Source: Alphaproteobacteria bacterium
GTDB taxonomy: Bacteria > Pseudomonadota > Alphaproteobacteria > SP197
Reading direction: 5' to 3'
NCBI GenBank assembly: GCA_965228895.1
Contig: OZ245842.1
Coordinates: 4,160,001 to 4,224,000 of the forward strand
Length of the DNA stretch: 64,000 nucleotides
The notes below the pieces were generated by a model, which was not told the origin of the DNA, ran no database searches, and worked only from the letters and a program-made list of their open reading frames with translations. How positions within the stretch are numbered: the first letter of the stretch is position 1; every line of letters starts with the position of its first letter. Both the position numbers and the translations under genes were made by a program. Shown here one piece after another: positions 19,924 through 30,700 of the stretch.

Positions 19924-21093
19924 CTAGGTCTTCACCAACAGGTCGCGCGGCACGTTGGCAAAACACACACCGCCGGATTGGGTCACGTGAAGCGGTTCGC
20001 TGATGTTCAGTCCCCAATCCTCGTTCCAGATGCCGCAAACCATGTGAAAGGCCATGTTTTCCTCGATCAGCGTCTTGTCGCCTTCTCTGAGCGACGCCGT
20101 GTGTTCACCCCAGTCGGGCGGATAGCCGATGCCGATCGCATAGCCGATGCGCGACTTCTTGGTGATGCCGTGGCGGGCAATCGATTGGCGCCAGGCGGCT
20201 TCGACATCCTCACAACGCTGGCCCGGTCGCGCGGCCTCCAACGCCGCGTCAATGCCCTCGACAACGGCTTTGCACGTGTCGAGTAACCGTTGCGGCGGCG
20301 CGCCAAGGTGAAGCGTGCGCACCATTGGAATGTGATAGCGATGCCGGACGCCCGCGGTCTCGAGAAACGCCGCCTCGCCGGTCACGAACTGCCGGTCGCT
20401 CCAAGTCAGGTGGGCCGCCGACGTGCCGGTGCCCGTCGGCATCATCGGCGCGACACAACAATAGTCGCCGCCGTGCCGGGGCGTACCGCTGGCCTGGGCG
20501 CCATAGACCTTGGCGATCACGTCGCATTCTCTGACACCCGGCTCGACCGCCTCGAAATAGGCCGCCATGATCGCTTCGGTCACCCGTGCGGCCTGGCTCA
20601 TCACCTCGAGCTCGGCGTCGGACTTGACCAGCCGCACCCAATTGACCAGCCGCTCGGTGTCGACGAACGACGCGTTCGGCAGGGCCGCCGCAAGCGCATC
20701 GCGGCAACGCGGCGTGAAGTAATAACAATCTCTCTCGACGCCGATCACCGCGCGGTCATGGCCGCGGTCGGCGAGTGTCGCGCCGATAAAATCCATCGGG
20801 TGTTCGACGGCGTTGTCGACCAGATGGTCCGGCCACTCGATGATCCGGTCGTCCGACAAATAAGTGGTGAGTCGCGCACCGCCGATATCGACACCACGGC
20901 CGATCCATAGCGGCTCGTCGTCATCCAGGGTGACGATGACGGCCTGCGGCACATAGAAACTCCAGCCGTCATAGCCGGTCAGATAGTTCATGTTGGCGGG
21001 ATCGGAGTCGACGAGGACATCGATGCCGCGCTGCGCCATGACATCCCGGCACTTGGCGAGCCGCGCGGCGTACTCACGCTTTTCAAAGACCAT
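19924..21093 (-). CDS. eutD: M24 peptidase family; ectoine hydrolase EutD/DoeA-like
   Basis: EYAARL...DPANMNYLTGYDGWSFY and GYAIGIGYPPDWGE motifs. GAGGAGG RBS before ATG 21093. Confidence 0.8.
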   Translation of the reverse strand: MVFEKREYAARLAKCRDVMAQRGIDVLVDSDPANMNYLTGYDGWSFYVPQAVIVTLDDDEPLWIGRGVDIGGARLTTYLSDDRIIEWPDHLVDNAVEHPMDFIGATLADRGHDRAVIGVERDCYYFTPRCRDALAAALPNASFVDTERLVNWVRLVKSDAELEVMSQAARVTEAIMAAYFEAVEPGVRECDVIAKVYGAQASGTPRHGGDYCCVAPMMPTGTGTSAAHLTWSDRQFVTGEAAFLETAGVRHRYHIPMVRTLHLGAPPQRLLDTCKAVVEGIDAALEAARPGQRCEDVEAAWRQSIARHGITKKSRIGYAIGIGYPPDWGEHTASLREGDKTLIEENMAFHMVCGIWNEDWGLNISEPLHVTQSGGVCFANVPRDLLVKT

Positions 21094-21136
21094 CGACCGT
21101 CCTCCTCGCGTCATCAACCAAGTGTTCAATCACCCT

Positions 21137-21186
21137 AATGTCGACAATTGTATTGGCTCAAGGCTAATATTAGATCATGACAATGT
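21137..21186. promoter_or_regulatory. Candidate MocR/EnuR operator in the divergent promoter
   Basis: AT-rich spacer with ACAAT/ATTGT half-sites (21144-21151 ACAATTGT palindrome, 21180-21184) and a CTAATATTAG palindrome. Confidence 0.35.
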
Positions 21187-22571
21187 GGGTTCCGGACATC
21201 ACCCAAACTCAGGGACCGCGCTACAAAGCGATCGTTGAGGCCCTCGAGACCGCCATCACGTCGCGGGACCTGCAGGCGGGCCAGCAGTTGCCGACCCAGC
21301 GCGCTCTCGCCGACAGTCTCGGCGTCAGCGTGCAAACCGTGTCGCGCGCCTACGCCGAGGCCGAGCGCCGGGGGCTGACGTCGGGAGAAGTCGGCCGCGG
21401 CACCTTCATCCAGTATGTGAAGCCTGAGGACGGCGATGACTTCATTGCCGACAGCCATCGCGCCAGCCAGCTCGACTTCTCGAACATGATGCCCATCGTG
21501 TCCGACATCCATGTCGACGCGCTGAAGCAGGCCATGATCGCGTGCACGAAGGATGCCGCGATTGCGCGGATGCTCGAGTATCGGCCGACCGAGGGAACGC
21601 CATCCCATCGACAGGCCGGTGCCGCATGGCTGGAACGCGGCGGAGTCAGCGTCGACCCAGCCCGCGTGGTGGTCACCAACGGTGCTGCCCACGGCATTTG
21701 GTCGGCCATGGCGACACTCGCCGAACCGGGTGACGTCGTGTGCTGCGAGGCGCTGGTCGACACCTCCATCATCACCAACGCCTCGATCCTGAAGACGCGG
21801 CTGCGCGGCCTGGCGCTCGACGACGAGGGCATCCTTCCCGACGCCTTTGCAGAGGCCTGTGAACGCGAGCCGGTCAAGCTGCTTTGCGTGACCCCCTGCT
21901 TCAACGACCCGACCGTTGCTTTGATGGGCGAACCCCGACGCGAGGCGATTGCCGAGGTAGCGCGCCGCCACGACGTCGCGATCATCGAAGACGACGTCTT
22001 CGGCCCCCTGATCGCCAACCGTCCGAAGCCGCTCTGGTGCTACGCGCCCGAGCGCACGTTCTACGTCACCAGTTTTTCCAAGGCGATCACCGCATCGTTG
22101 CGGACCGGCTATCTGACCGGTCCGGCGGCCATGCTGCCGCGGCTGATCTCGCGGCTGCGCACGACAGGCTGGATGGCGAATACGTGGTCTGCGGAGGTTG
22201 CGGCGAGATGGTCGGGCGACGGTACCGCTGATCGACTGATCGCCTGGCAACGCAGGACGCTTGCCGAGCGCCACGCCACACTCCGCCGGATCCTGGACGG
22301 TCATGACATTGCGTCGCACGCCAACGCCTTGCACGCTTGGCTCAGCCTGCCCGAACCATGGCGCGCGCGGCATTTTGTCGAACAGGCGCGATCCCGTGGC
22401 GTGCTCGTGACCCCACCCGATCCTTTCATCGTAGGGCGAACGGCGGAACCGCACGCGGTGCGGCTGGCGCTGGGCGACACGAACCGCGACGACATCGCTT
22501 TCGCCCGCGGCCTGAAACGCCTCGCCGCCCTGCTCCGGGAAGAGCCGATGCCATTGGATGGTCCCTTCTGA
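21177..22571 (+). CDS. enuR: MocR/GabR family regulator (GntR HTH + PLP domain), EnuR-like
   Basis: LPTQRALADSLGVSVQTVSRAY...GEVGRGTF HTH. PLP lysine motif SFSKAITASLRTGY. Divergent from eutD/eutE-like genes. Confidence 0.75.
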   Translation: MTMWVPDITQTQGPRYKAIVEALETAITSRDLQAGQQLPTQRALADSLGVSVQTVSRAYAEAERRGLTSGEVGRGTFIQYVKPEDGDDFIADSHRASQLDFSNMMPIVSDIHVDALKQAMIACTKDAAIARMLEYRPTEGTPSHRQAGAAWLERGGVSVDPARVVVTNGAAHGIWSAMATLAEPGDVVCCEALVDTSIITNASILKTRLRGLALDDEGILPDAFAEACEREPVKLLCVTPCFNDPTVALMGEPRREAIAEVARRHDVAIIEDDVFGPLIANRPKPLWCYAPERTFYVTSFSKAITASLRTGYLTGPAAMLPRLISRLRTTGWMANTWSAEVAARWSGDGTADRLIAWQRRTLAERHATLRRILDGHDIASHANALHAWLSLPEPWRARHFVEQARSRGVLVTPPDPFIVGRTAEPHAVRLALGDTNRDDIAFARGLKRLAALLREEPMPLDGPF

Positions 22572-22724
22572 ACGACCGGTCTCTCGACCAGCGCACCAGC
22601 GGCAGCCGCGGCATGCCGTGACCTCAAGCCAAAAGCTTGGCATCATCGAATATGGTGTAAGGCACTGCCGTCGCGATAAAGCACAGGTCTATGTTCAACA
22701 GCGCGGCCGGATCTGCAGGTTGAT

Positions 22725-23453
22725 ATGACGCTAGAGACCTTGGGCGAACGCGATATCCATATTTGGCTTGCCGAACCCGACAAGACCTTGGGCACGACCG
22801 GTTCCGTTGACGCCCATGTGGCCCTGCTCGACCCCGACGAGACACAGCGCTATCAAAATTTCAGATTCGACCGCGACCGCCACAGTTTCTTGGCTGCGCA
22901 CGTCTTGCTGCGTAGAACGTTGTCGCGTTACGCGCCGATCGGGCCGGCGGACTGGACGTTCACGAAGAATGCCTATGGGCGGCCGGAGATAGCCGGTCCT
23001 TCGCGCGCCCTTCCCCTTCGATTCAACCTGTCGCATACGGATGGTCTGGTCGCATGTGCGATCACAAAGGGGGCCGATGTCGGTGTCGATGTGGAGGCAT
23101 TGTCACGCCCGACGCCTGGCCTCGACATCGCCGAACGATTCTTCTCGCCGGAAGAGTACGACCTGCTTCGTCAGGCGCCAGCCGCCCAGCAGCACGAACT
23201 CTTCTTTGCCATTTGGACGCTCAAGGAGGCCTATATCAAGGCGCGTGGCATGGGTCTTTCGCTGCCCTTGGACCAATTCGCCTTCGATCTCGACCACTTG
23301 GCGTTACGCAGTGTCCATTTCCGCGACGAACTCAACGACGCCCCAGAAAATTGGCAGTTTGACGTTCGAAGCACCGGCCCCTGTCATACCTTGGCCTTTG
23401 CGGTGCGTCGCGATGGCACCGGCGATATGCGCCCGGAGATCCGAGGAGCCTGA
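22725..23453 (+). CDS. 4'-phosphopantetheinyl transferase (Sfp type)
   Basis: YGRP, FNLSHT, VGVDVE and WTLKEAYIKARGMGL motifs. Adjacent to the NRPS genes. Confidence 0.95.
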   Translation: MTLETLGERDIHIWLAEPDKTLGTTGSVDAHVALLDPDETQRYQNFRFDRDRHSFLAAHVLLRRTLSRYAPIGPADWTFTKNAYGRPEIAGPSRALPLRFNLSHTDGLVACAITKGADVGVDVEALSRPTPGLDIAERFFSPEEYDLLRQAPAAQQHELFFAIWTLKEAYIKARGMGLSLPLDQFAFDLDHLALRSVHFRDELNDAPENWQFDVRSTGPCHTLAFAVRRDGTGDMRPEIRGA

Positions 23454-23771
23454 TAGGGCTCACCGCCGAGGTGAATCACAGGACAGCTTGCGAAACGGCG
23501 TCAAAGCAATCGACCGTCCTCAACCATTAGTAGAACGGTCAGACTTGCGAATACGGCATGATGGATGCGAAGATCTGGCGCGCTTGGCATGGATTACTCC
23601 ACAGCACAGAGCGCATTAGCGCCTCTGAACCCATTTGCAATGGTCATGGCGCAGTAGTGACGGCAGTCACACAAGCACTATCCAAAGCACGTTGACGATG
23701 CATCCACTGGTGGACTAATACTTTGGGGTGATGAATCTTCAGTTAACGTAGCAATAGAGGGGTAGTTCTCC

Positions 23772-24098
23772 ATGGCCGGTATGTTTATGACCATCTCACG
23801 GTGCCATGTTAAGGCGGGCAACGAAAACGAAGCCCGGGCGCTTCTTGAAAAAGAGATGCTTCCCGGTGACGGCAAGAAACCTGGCGATATCGTCGACGGC
23901 TTGGTCGGATTTGGCTTGATGAAGGCCAAGGCCGATGAGTCCATGTATGGCGTCGTCACGGTTTGGCAAAGCGAAGCAGACTTCGACAAGATGGCCAGCA
24001 ACCCGGCAGCCAAGGATGGCGGCGGGATGGTCGCGAAGCTTCAGAAGCTCTGCGACGGCGACGTCAAGGGCGAAGGCTTCTACATCGAAAGCCTCTGA
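23772..24098 (+). CDS. Small dimeric alpha/beta-barrel (ABM-like) protein
   Basis: 108 aa with VKAG.E.EA and YGVVTVWQSEADF patterns typical of ABM/Dabb folds. GAGGGG RBS. Confidence 0.6.
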   Translation: MAGMFMTISRCHVKAGNENEARALLEKEMLPGDGKKPGDIVDGLVGFGLMKAKADESMYGVVTVWQSEADFDKMASNPAAKDGGGMVAKLQKLCDGDVKGEGFYIESL

Positions 24099-24169
24099 TC
24101 GCTCGTCAGAGATCTAAACGTCGTTCACTTGGCCGCCGCATTTCGGCGTGGCGGACATAGAGTGTCGGG

Positions 24170-24197
24170 ATCGGAGCCGCCACCAGGCGGCTCCGAT
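24170..24197 (+). terminator. Strong hairpin after the ABM-like gene
   Basis: ATCGGAGCCGCC-ACCA-GGCGGCTCCGAT: perfect 12-bp stem with 4-nt loop. U-tract is weak. Confidence 0.55.
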
Positions 24198-24517
24198 TAA
24201 CCCGGCAACTCAAAAAGGCGGGCGTGCTCTCGCCGTTTGCACCACTCAGGACCGTATGCCTCCTAGTCTAGACCGGCACTGTTGCTAACGTGTCGCGATA
24301 GGCGGACTTATCGTCTTGGCGTATAGGTGCCGATGTGTCTTGAGTGCGCCTTTCGACATCGGTTTTTGCATATCCGCGAACGCAATGCGCCACACTTCTA
24401 GACATCAGCATCCAGCAAATGGCTTTGGTCGGCTTGTGTTCGGCCGGACCCGACGGCTGGTGGTGATCGCCAATTCTTTGTCGCGCCGCTTGTCCGGGTG
24501 CACCTTGGTCGACCGTC

Positions 24518-27500
24518 ATGCCTGATCGGCAGCCTTCCGCGACGGGTGCGCCAGCAAAAGGTCCTATCGAGGATGTCTATCCTCTGACGGACATGCAGCA
24601 CGGCATTCTCGTCAGATGCGTCAGCTACCCCGACCAGCCCGTCTACATGGGCCAGTGGTGGGCTGAGGTTGACGGAGAGCTTGATGAGCAGACATTCGCC
24701 GATGCCTGGAATGTCGTTGTCCAGCGCCATTCGGCACTTCGGTCGGCGTTTCACTGGGAGCTGAAGGATCAGCCGTTCCAGGTTGTGCATCGCCAAGCAA
24801 CCCTCCCTGTCGAGCCGCTCGACTGGACCGCCAGCGTCGACTGGCGGCAACAACTTCAGGCGTTTCTAAAGGAAGACAGGGAAAAGCCGTTCGATCTGAA
24901 ACGCCCGCCGCTCATGCGGGTCAGGCTCGCGCGTCTGGCCAATGACCGGCACGTCATCATATGGACACGCCATCATCTGGTGGTCGATGGCTGGTCACTC
25001 GGCGCCATTCTTGACGAGGTGTTCACGGCCTACCGGGCGATAAAAGACCGTCAATCACCGCCGCTCGGCGCCGCGTTGCCATTCCGGTCATACATCGACT
25101 GGGATCGCGGACGTGACTCCGCGACTGCGCTGGCACACTGGAGACGTGTTCTGGACGGCTTCAGCCAGCCCACCGTGGCGGGCGGCCAGCTTGCCTCGGC
25201 AGCAGACGTTACAGAATTGGTTGAGACGGTCGATGAACAGACAACGGCGCAACTTCTGGACTACGCGCGTGATGCGCGCCTAACACCGAACACGCTTGTC
25301 CAAGGTGCGTGGGCGCTTGTCCTGTCGCGCATGACCGGACGCGATGATGTGCTGTTCGGCTCGGTGGAAACCCAACGCCCGGCCCATTTGCTTGACGATG
25401 AGGCGGCGACCTTGGTTGGCCCGCAGGTCGTCGTTCTGCCGGTTCGCGCCAAGATTGACGATACCCCGATTGGCGACTGGCTGAGCCAGCTCCAGGCGAA
25501 CATGGTGGCGGGACGCGAGGCCGGCGGGGTCAGCCTTGATGCGGTTCGCGACCTCATCGATCAACCCCGCGATGCCTTGCCGTTCGACAGCTTGGTCGGG
25601 TTTCAGAACTATCCGCTCGATGAGTCCAAGCCGCTGAAAGACGCCGGATTGACGGTGGTCGACAGCGCCGACGTCTCCCTGCCGGACATGCCGCTCAATC
25701 TGATGGTCGAGACCGGCGACACCATGACACTGCGCTTGATTGTCGACCGCCGCCGCCACACAGAAGCCCAGGCAAGCGGCGTCCTGGCGATGTTGGCCAC
25801 GGCATTGCGCGCCGTCGCCGAACGGTTCGCGAGCCCGGCGAGCGACATCGATGTTCTGCCTGAGGACGTGACCCGGCTTCTCCGGGACGAGTATGCCGGC
25901 AACGTCGAGCTGGAGGTGGCCGAGCCGATCGCGCCGGACCTGATTTTGCGCCACGCCCAGGTGACGCCAACGGCAATTGCCATGCGATATGGCCAACAGG
26001 AGATCGCCTACCGGCACTTCGCGACGGCGGCATGTGACATTGCCGAAAGGATCGGCTGGACCGATGTGCCGGCGAACAGGCGTATCGGCGTCATGCTGGA
26101 CCGCTCACCGGCCGCCATCGCTGGACTACTAGGCGTCATGCTCGCTGGTGGCGCTTACGTGCCGCTCGATCCCGAGGGTTCGAGCAGCCGCCGCGATCTG
26201 ATTCTCAGTGCTGCCGGCATCGACACGGTGGTGACGTCGTCGGACTATGCCGACCAATTCCCCCAATGCCGGGTCGTTGTCGTCGATGGATTGGCGGAAG
26301 AAACCACGCGCGACATGGCCCACAAGCTGCCGTCGGCAGACGACGAGGCGTACGTCATCTTCACATCCGGTTCGACCGGGCAGCCCAAAGGCGTCATCGT
26401 CGGCCAAGACAACCTTCGTTATCATATCGCGGCACGCGCGGCGGCCTATCCCGACCGGCCGATCGGCGCCTTTCTCCTGACCTTTCCGATCTTTTTCGAT
26501 GGCTCGGTCACCGTCATCTTCTCGACACTGGCGACGGGTGGGACGCTGGTCTTGCCCGAACCGGTCGAAGCGACGGATCCCGATCGCCTGGTGGCCCTCA
26601 TCAAGTCCGCCGGCGTCACCCACACCGACATGATACCGTCCATGTGGAGCCTTGTTGTGGCTGCGGCTGGCCCCGCCGACTTGGCATCGATGCGCCAGGC
26701 CCTGGTCGCGGCCGAACCGTGTCCAAAGGATCTGGTCGCCGCCCATGATGCAAAGCTGCCCGGGGTTCCGCTCTATAACGAGTATGGCCCGACGGAGACG
26801 ACCGTCTGGGCGACGGCGCACCGTTGCGAAACGACCGATCGCGAAGCGACGGTGCCGATTGGGCGGCCCATTCCGGGGACACGCGTCTACGTTCTGGATT
26901 CACGTGGCAGATTGTGTCCGCCGGGCAGCGTTGGAGAACTGACCGTGTCGGGCCCGGCCGTCGCGCGCGGCTATATTGGGGCCGACGAAAGTGCTGTCCA
27001 AAAGTTTACGCACAATGCCTTCGCCACCGATCCGATCTTTGCGCCGGCCTACCGGACCGGTGATCTCGCCGCCTTCGGCGTCGATGGCCAGTTGCGGTTC
27101 CATGGCCGGTCCGACCATCAGGTCAAGGTCAATGGCCACCGCATCGAACTGGGCGAGATCGAGTCCTGTTTGGCGGACCACCCCGACATCAAGGAGGCCG
27201 TGGTCGTTGTCCAGCAAGATGGTGATCGACCGGCCCATTTGGTCGCCCATATCGCCGGCCCGGATCTACCGGAACCCGAACTCGTCCGCCAGCACGCCGG
27301 CCGTCATCTGCCCGCTTACATGGTGCCCCATGTCGTCATGCGCCATGAGAGCCTGCCGCGCACGGTCGCCGGCAAGCTCGATCGATCACAGCTTCCTGCA
27401 CCGCCGGACGAGGCGTCGGCGGCACCGCCGCAGGGCGAGCGTGAATGCGCCCTTGCCGCGATTTGGCAGGATGTCCTCGGACGGCCTGAGATCAGTCGTC

Positions 27501-27754
27501 ATGACGATTTTTTCGCGCTCGGCGGCACCTCATTGATTGCCATGCAGGTTATCTCGCGCATCAGGCGCGATCTGCACGTGAACGCCGAGTTGCTCGACCT
27601 GTTCGAAGAGCCAGCGATCGCGTTGCTGGCCGAGCGCCTGGCAGCGCGTGAACCGGTTAAAGCCGGTTCCGGCGCCAAGCTGACACAGCGCCGTCGAACA
27701 CAAGTCGACCTGTCGGCGGTGGCAGGTCAGGGGAGCGAGCCCCGGGCACAATGA
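24518..27754 (+). CDS. NRPS, C-A-T (1078 aa)
   Basis: IEDVYPLTDMQHGIL (DCL-like start), HHLVVDG, YVIFTSGSTGQPKG, NEYGPTE, YRTGD, and T-domain FFALGGTSL. Confidence 0.95.
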   Translation: MPDRQPSATGAPAKGPIEDVYPLTDMQHGILVRCVSYPDQPVYMGQWWAEVDGELDEQTFADAWNVVVQRHSALRSAFHWELKDQPFQVVHRQATLPVEPLDWTASVDWRQQLQAFLKEDREKPFDLKRPPLMRVRLARLANDRHVIIWTRHHLVVDGWSLGAILDEVFTAYRAIKDRQSPPLGAALPFRSYIDWDRGRDSATALAHWRRVLDGFSQPTVAGGQLASAADVTELVETVDEQTTAQLLDYARDARLTPNTLVQGAWALVLSRMTGRDDVLFGSVETQRPAHLLDDEAATLVGPQVVVLPVRAKIDDTPIGDWLSQLQANMVAGREAGGVSLDAVRDLIDQPRDALPFDSLVGFQNYPLDESKPLKDAGLTVVDSADVSLPDMPLNLMVETGDTMTLRLIVDRRRHTEAQASGVLAMLATALRAVAERFASPASDIDVLPEDVTRLLRDEYAGNVELEVAEPIAPDLILRHAQVTPTAIAMRYGQQEIAYRHFATAACDIAERIGWTDVPANRRIGVMLDRSPAAIAGLLGVMLAGGAYVPLDPEGSSSRRDLILSAAGIDTVVTSSDYADQFPQCRVVVVDGLAEETTRDMAHKLPSADDEAYVIFTSGSTGQPKGVIVGQDNLRYHIAARAAAYPDRPIGAFLLTFPIFFDGSVTVIFSTLATGGTLVLPEPVEATDPDRLVALIKSAGVTHTDMIPSMWSLVVAAAGPADLASMRQALVAAEPCPKDLVAAHDAKLPGVPLYNEYGPTETTVWATAHRCETTDREATVPIGRPIPGTRVYVLDSRGRLCPPGSVGELTVSGPAVARGYIGADESAVQKFTHNAFATDPIFAPAYRTGDLAAFGVDGQLRFHGRSDHQVKVNGHRIELGEIESCLADHPDIKEAVVVVQQDGDRPAHLVAHIAGPDLPEPELVRQHAGRHLPAYMVPHVVMRHESLPRTVAGKLDRSQLPAPPDEASAAPPQGERECALAAIWQDVLGRPEISRHDDFFALGGTSLIAMQVISRIRRDLHVNAELLDLFEEPAIALLAERLAAREPVKAGSGAKLTQRRRTQVDLSAVAGQGSEPRAQ

Positions 27755-30700
27755 ACAGCGGCTACTTGGCCAGTGTTTCGTTTGGACAGCGCCAGATCAG
27801 GTTCCTTGAACTGCTGCGTCCCGGTCAGTCGAGCTTCGCCATGCCGCTCATCGTCGACGTCACGGGTCCGGCCGACCCGGTCGCGCTGTGCGCCGCGCTA
27901 CAATCGGTTGTCGATCGTCACGACGTCCTGCGCGCATCCTTTCCACTCGTCGACGGTTCACCGGTACAGGCGGTCCGCGATGTCATGCCGCTTGATGTTG
28001 CGTCGACGAACGTCGACGGGACCGAGCCGGAGACGTGGCGCAGTCACCTTTTAAAAGCAGCCGATGATCTGGCGGCCCTTCCCTTCGACCTTGCGGCAGG
28101 GCCGTTGATCCGCGCACGCCTGTTGCGCGAGTCCGAACGGCGCCACGGCATTGTTGTCGTCTTGCATCACATCCTCGCCGATGGCGCCTCGCTCGATATT
28201 CTGGCGCGCGATCTTGTCGCCGCCTACGACGCGGCGCATGGCGGGGCGGCCCCTGATCAAGACGCGCTGCCCCTGCAGTTCACTGATTTCGCCGACTGGG
28301 AGCAGGAGAGTTTCGGTCAGGCCGACACGCCTGAGCTTCAGGCAGCGGCAACCTATTGGCGGGCGCGGTTGCGTAACGCGCCTTCGGTGCTTGACCTGCC
28401 GTTCGACCGCAGGCGCCGCACGGACGGGGAAACCGCCAGCGCACATCACAGCCTGACGGTCGATGGCCCTATCGCCGAGCGGCTCAACGCCGTCGCACGG
28501 CAATCGGGCGCGACGCCGCTCATGGCCTTTCTTGCGGTATGGATAGCGGTACTGCGCCGTTGGAGCGGCCTTGACGATCTCGTCGTCACCATCCCGATAT
28601 CGAAGCGGACGCGGCCGGAACTGGCCGATCTTATCGGCCTCTTCGTCGACACCCTGCCCATCCGCACAGCGGTCGACGGCGACACGACATTCCAAGATCT
28701 CTTAGGCCAGGTGCGCCAGGCTCTCCTTGAAGGCATGGAGCATCGCGAGCTGCCGTTCGAGCGGATTGTTCAAGCGATCGGCATCGAGCGGCGCAGCGAC
28801 ATCATTCCGCTGATGCAGGTCTTGTTCGGTGCTCATCAGGATCAAGACGAGCTGCCGGAAACGGCCGGTGGCTGCCACTTTGACCTGCTTAGCGACAGCG
28901 TCGAACAGGCGGCGAAGACCGACCTCTCCATGGTCTACCGACCCGGCCCCGACTCGCTCGATCTGTGGTGCCGGTATGACGCCATGCTGTTCGACGCGTC
29001 GACGGTCGAGGCGCTGCTGCAGTGGTACGGCAAGGTGGCGATGGCCGTCGCCGACCAACCGGACACAATCATCGATACCATCCCTCTCGTCGACGAGGCA
29101 GGCGGCAAGGACCTGGTCGCGCGGTTCAACGCGACACACCGCGCCTATCCGCGCGAACGCTCGGCCATCGACCTGTTCTTCGAGATCGCGACGTCATCGC
29201 CATCGGCCATTGCCATCGAAGAGGACGGTAACAAGCAGAGCTATGACGAGGTCGCGTCACGCGTGCACAGGTTGGCTGCCGTCCTGGCCGCTGAGGGTGT
29301 CGGCAAGGGCGATACCGTCATTCTCGCCATGACGTTATCGGCCACGTGTATCGAGTTGATGCTCGCAGTCCTGACGCTTGGTGCCGTGTTCGCGCCAATC
29401 GACCCGAACTATCCGAAAACCCGCCGTGACGAGCTCGCCCAGAGTATCAAGGCACGCTTCGGCATCGCCCACGATGATGGGCTTGAGCTTACGGTGGAAA
29501 CCGTGTTGCTCGCCGGCGACCTGCAGTCGCGGTCGATGGCGGCGGAACCGCACCCCGGCACGCCGGTCGATGCCTCGGATACCGCCTACGTTATGTTCAC
29601 TTCGGGCTCGACAGGTGTGCCAAAGGGCGTCGCCGTGCCGCATCGCGCGATCGTCCGGTTGGTCAGCAACACCGATTTCTGCCGTTTCGGACCACAAACA
29701 AGATGTGTGGCCTATTCGAACCCGGCCTTCGATGCGTCGACGCTGGAGGTCTGGGCGCCGCTCTTGAACGGCGGCACCGTGGTACCGGTTGACCGCACGG
29801 TTATCATGGACGCCCGGTCGCTGCGTGAGTTCTTGTCGGCCAACAACATCAATCTGATGTGGATGACGGCGGGGCTATTTCAGCAGATCGTCACGGTCGA
29901 TGCCACGGTCTTTGCCGGCGACCGCACGCTCATTGCCGGCGGCGACGTCGTCAACCCGGCTTCGGCGCGCGCGGTGCTCGCCGCCGGCGAAGGCACGGGT
30001 TTCAGGTTGCTGAACGGATACGGCCCAACGGAAAACACGGTGTTCAGCACCGTCTACGACATCGGCGACCTTGAAGAGACGGCGACCACGATCCCGATCG
30101 GCAGACCGATCGCCAACAGCACGGCCTACGTGCTGGATCCGAACGGTCATCCGGCGCCGGTCGGCGTCGTCGGTGAGATCTACGTCGGCGGTGACGGTGT
30201 GGCGCTCGGCTATGTCGGCGACGCCGAACGCACGGCATCGAGCTTTCCGATCGATCCCTTTTCCGCACAACCGGGCGCGCGCATGTACCGCACGGGCGAT
30301 CTTGGCCGCTGGCGCAGCGACGGCGTCATCCAGTTCGTCGGTCGCGCCGACAACCAGGTGAAGGTGCGCGGCTTCCGTATCGAGCTGAACGAGATCTCCG
30401 CTGCCCTGGCGCGCCACCCCAACGTCGGCGCGGTTGCCGTCACCGCGCCACGGCAGGAATCCGGGACACGGCAACTGGTCGCCTACGTGGTTGGCAAAGA
30501 TGGCCGTTCACCGGATCAAGGTGCCTTGCGCAGCCATCTGCAGGCGCAGTTACCACCCCACATGCTGCCGCATGCCTATGTCGCGATGGATGAACTGCCG
30601 CTTACCATCAACGGCAAGGTCGATACCAAGGCGCTCCCGCCCGTCGAGGCGCAAAACTACGACCGCGCCGATATCACCCTTGCGCCACGCACCAGCGAAG

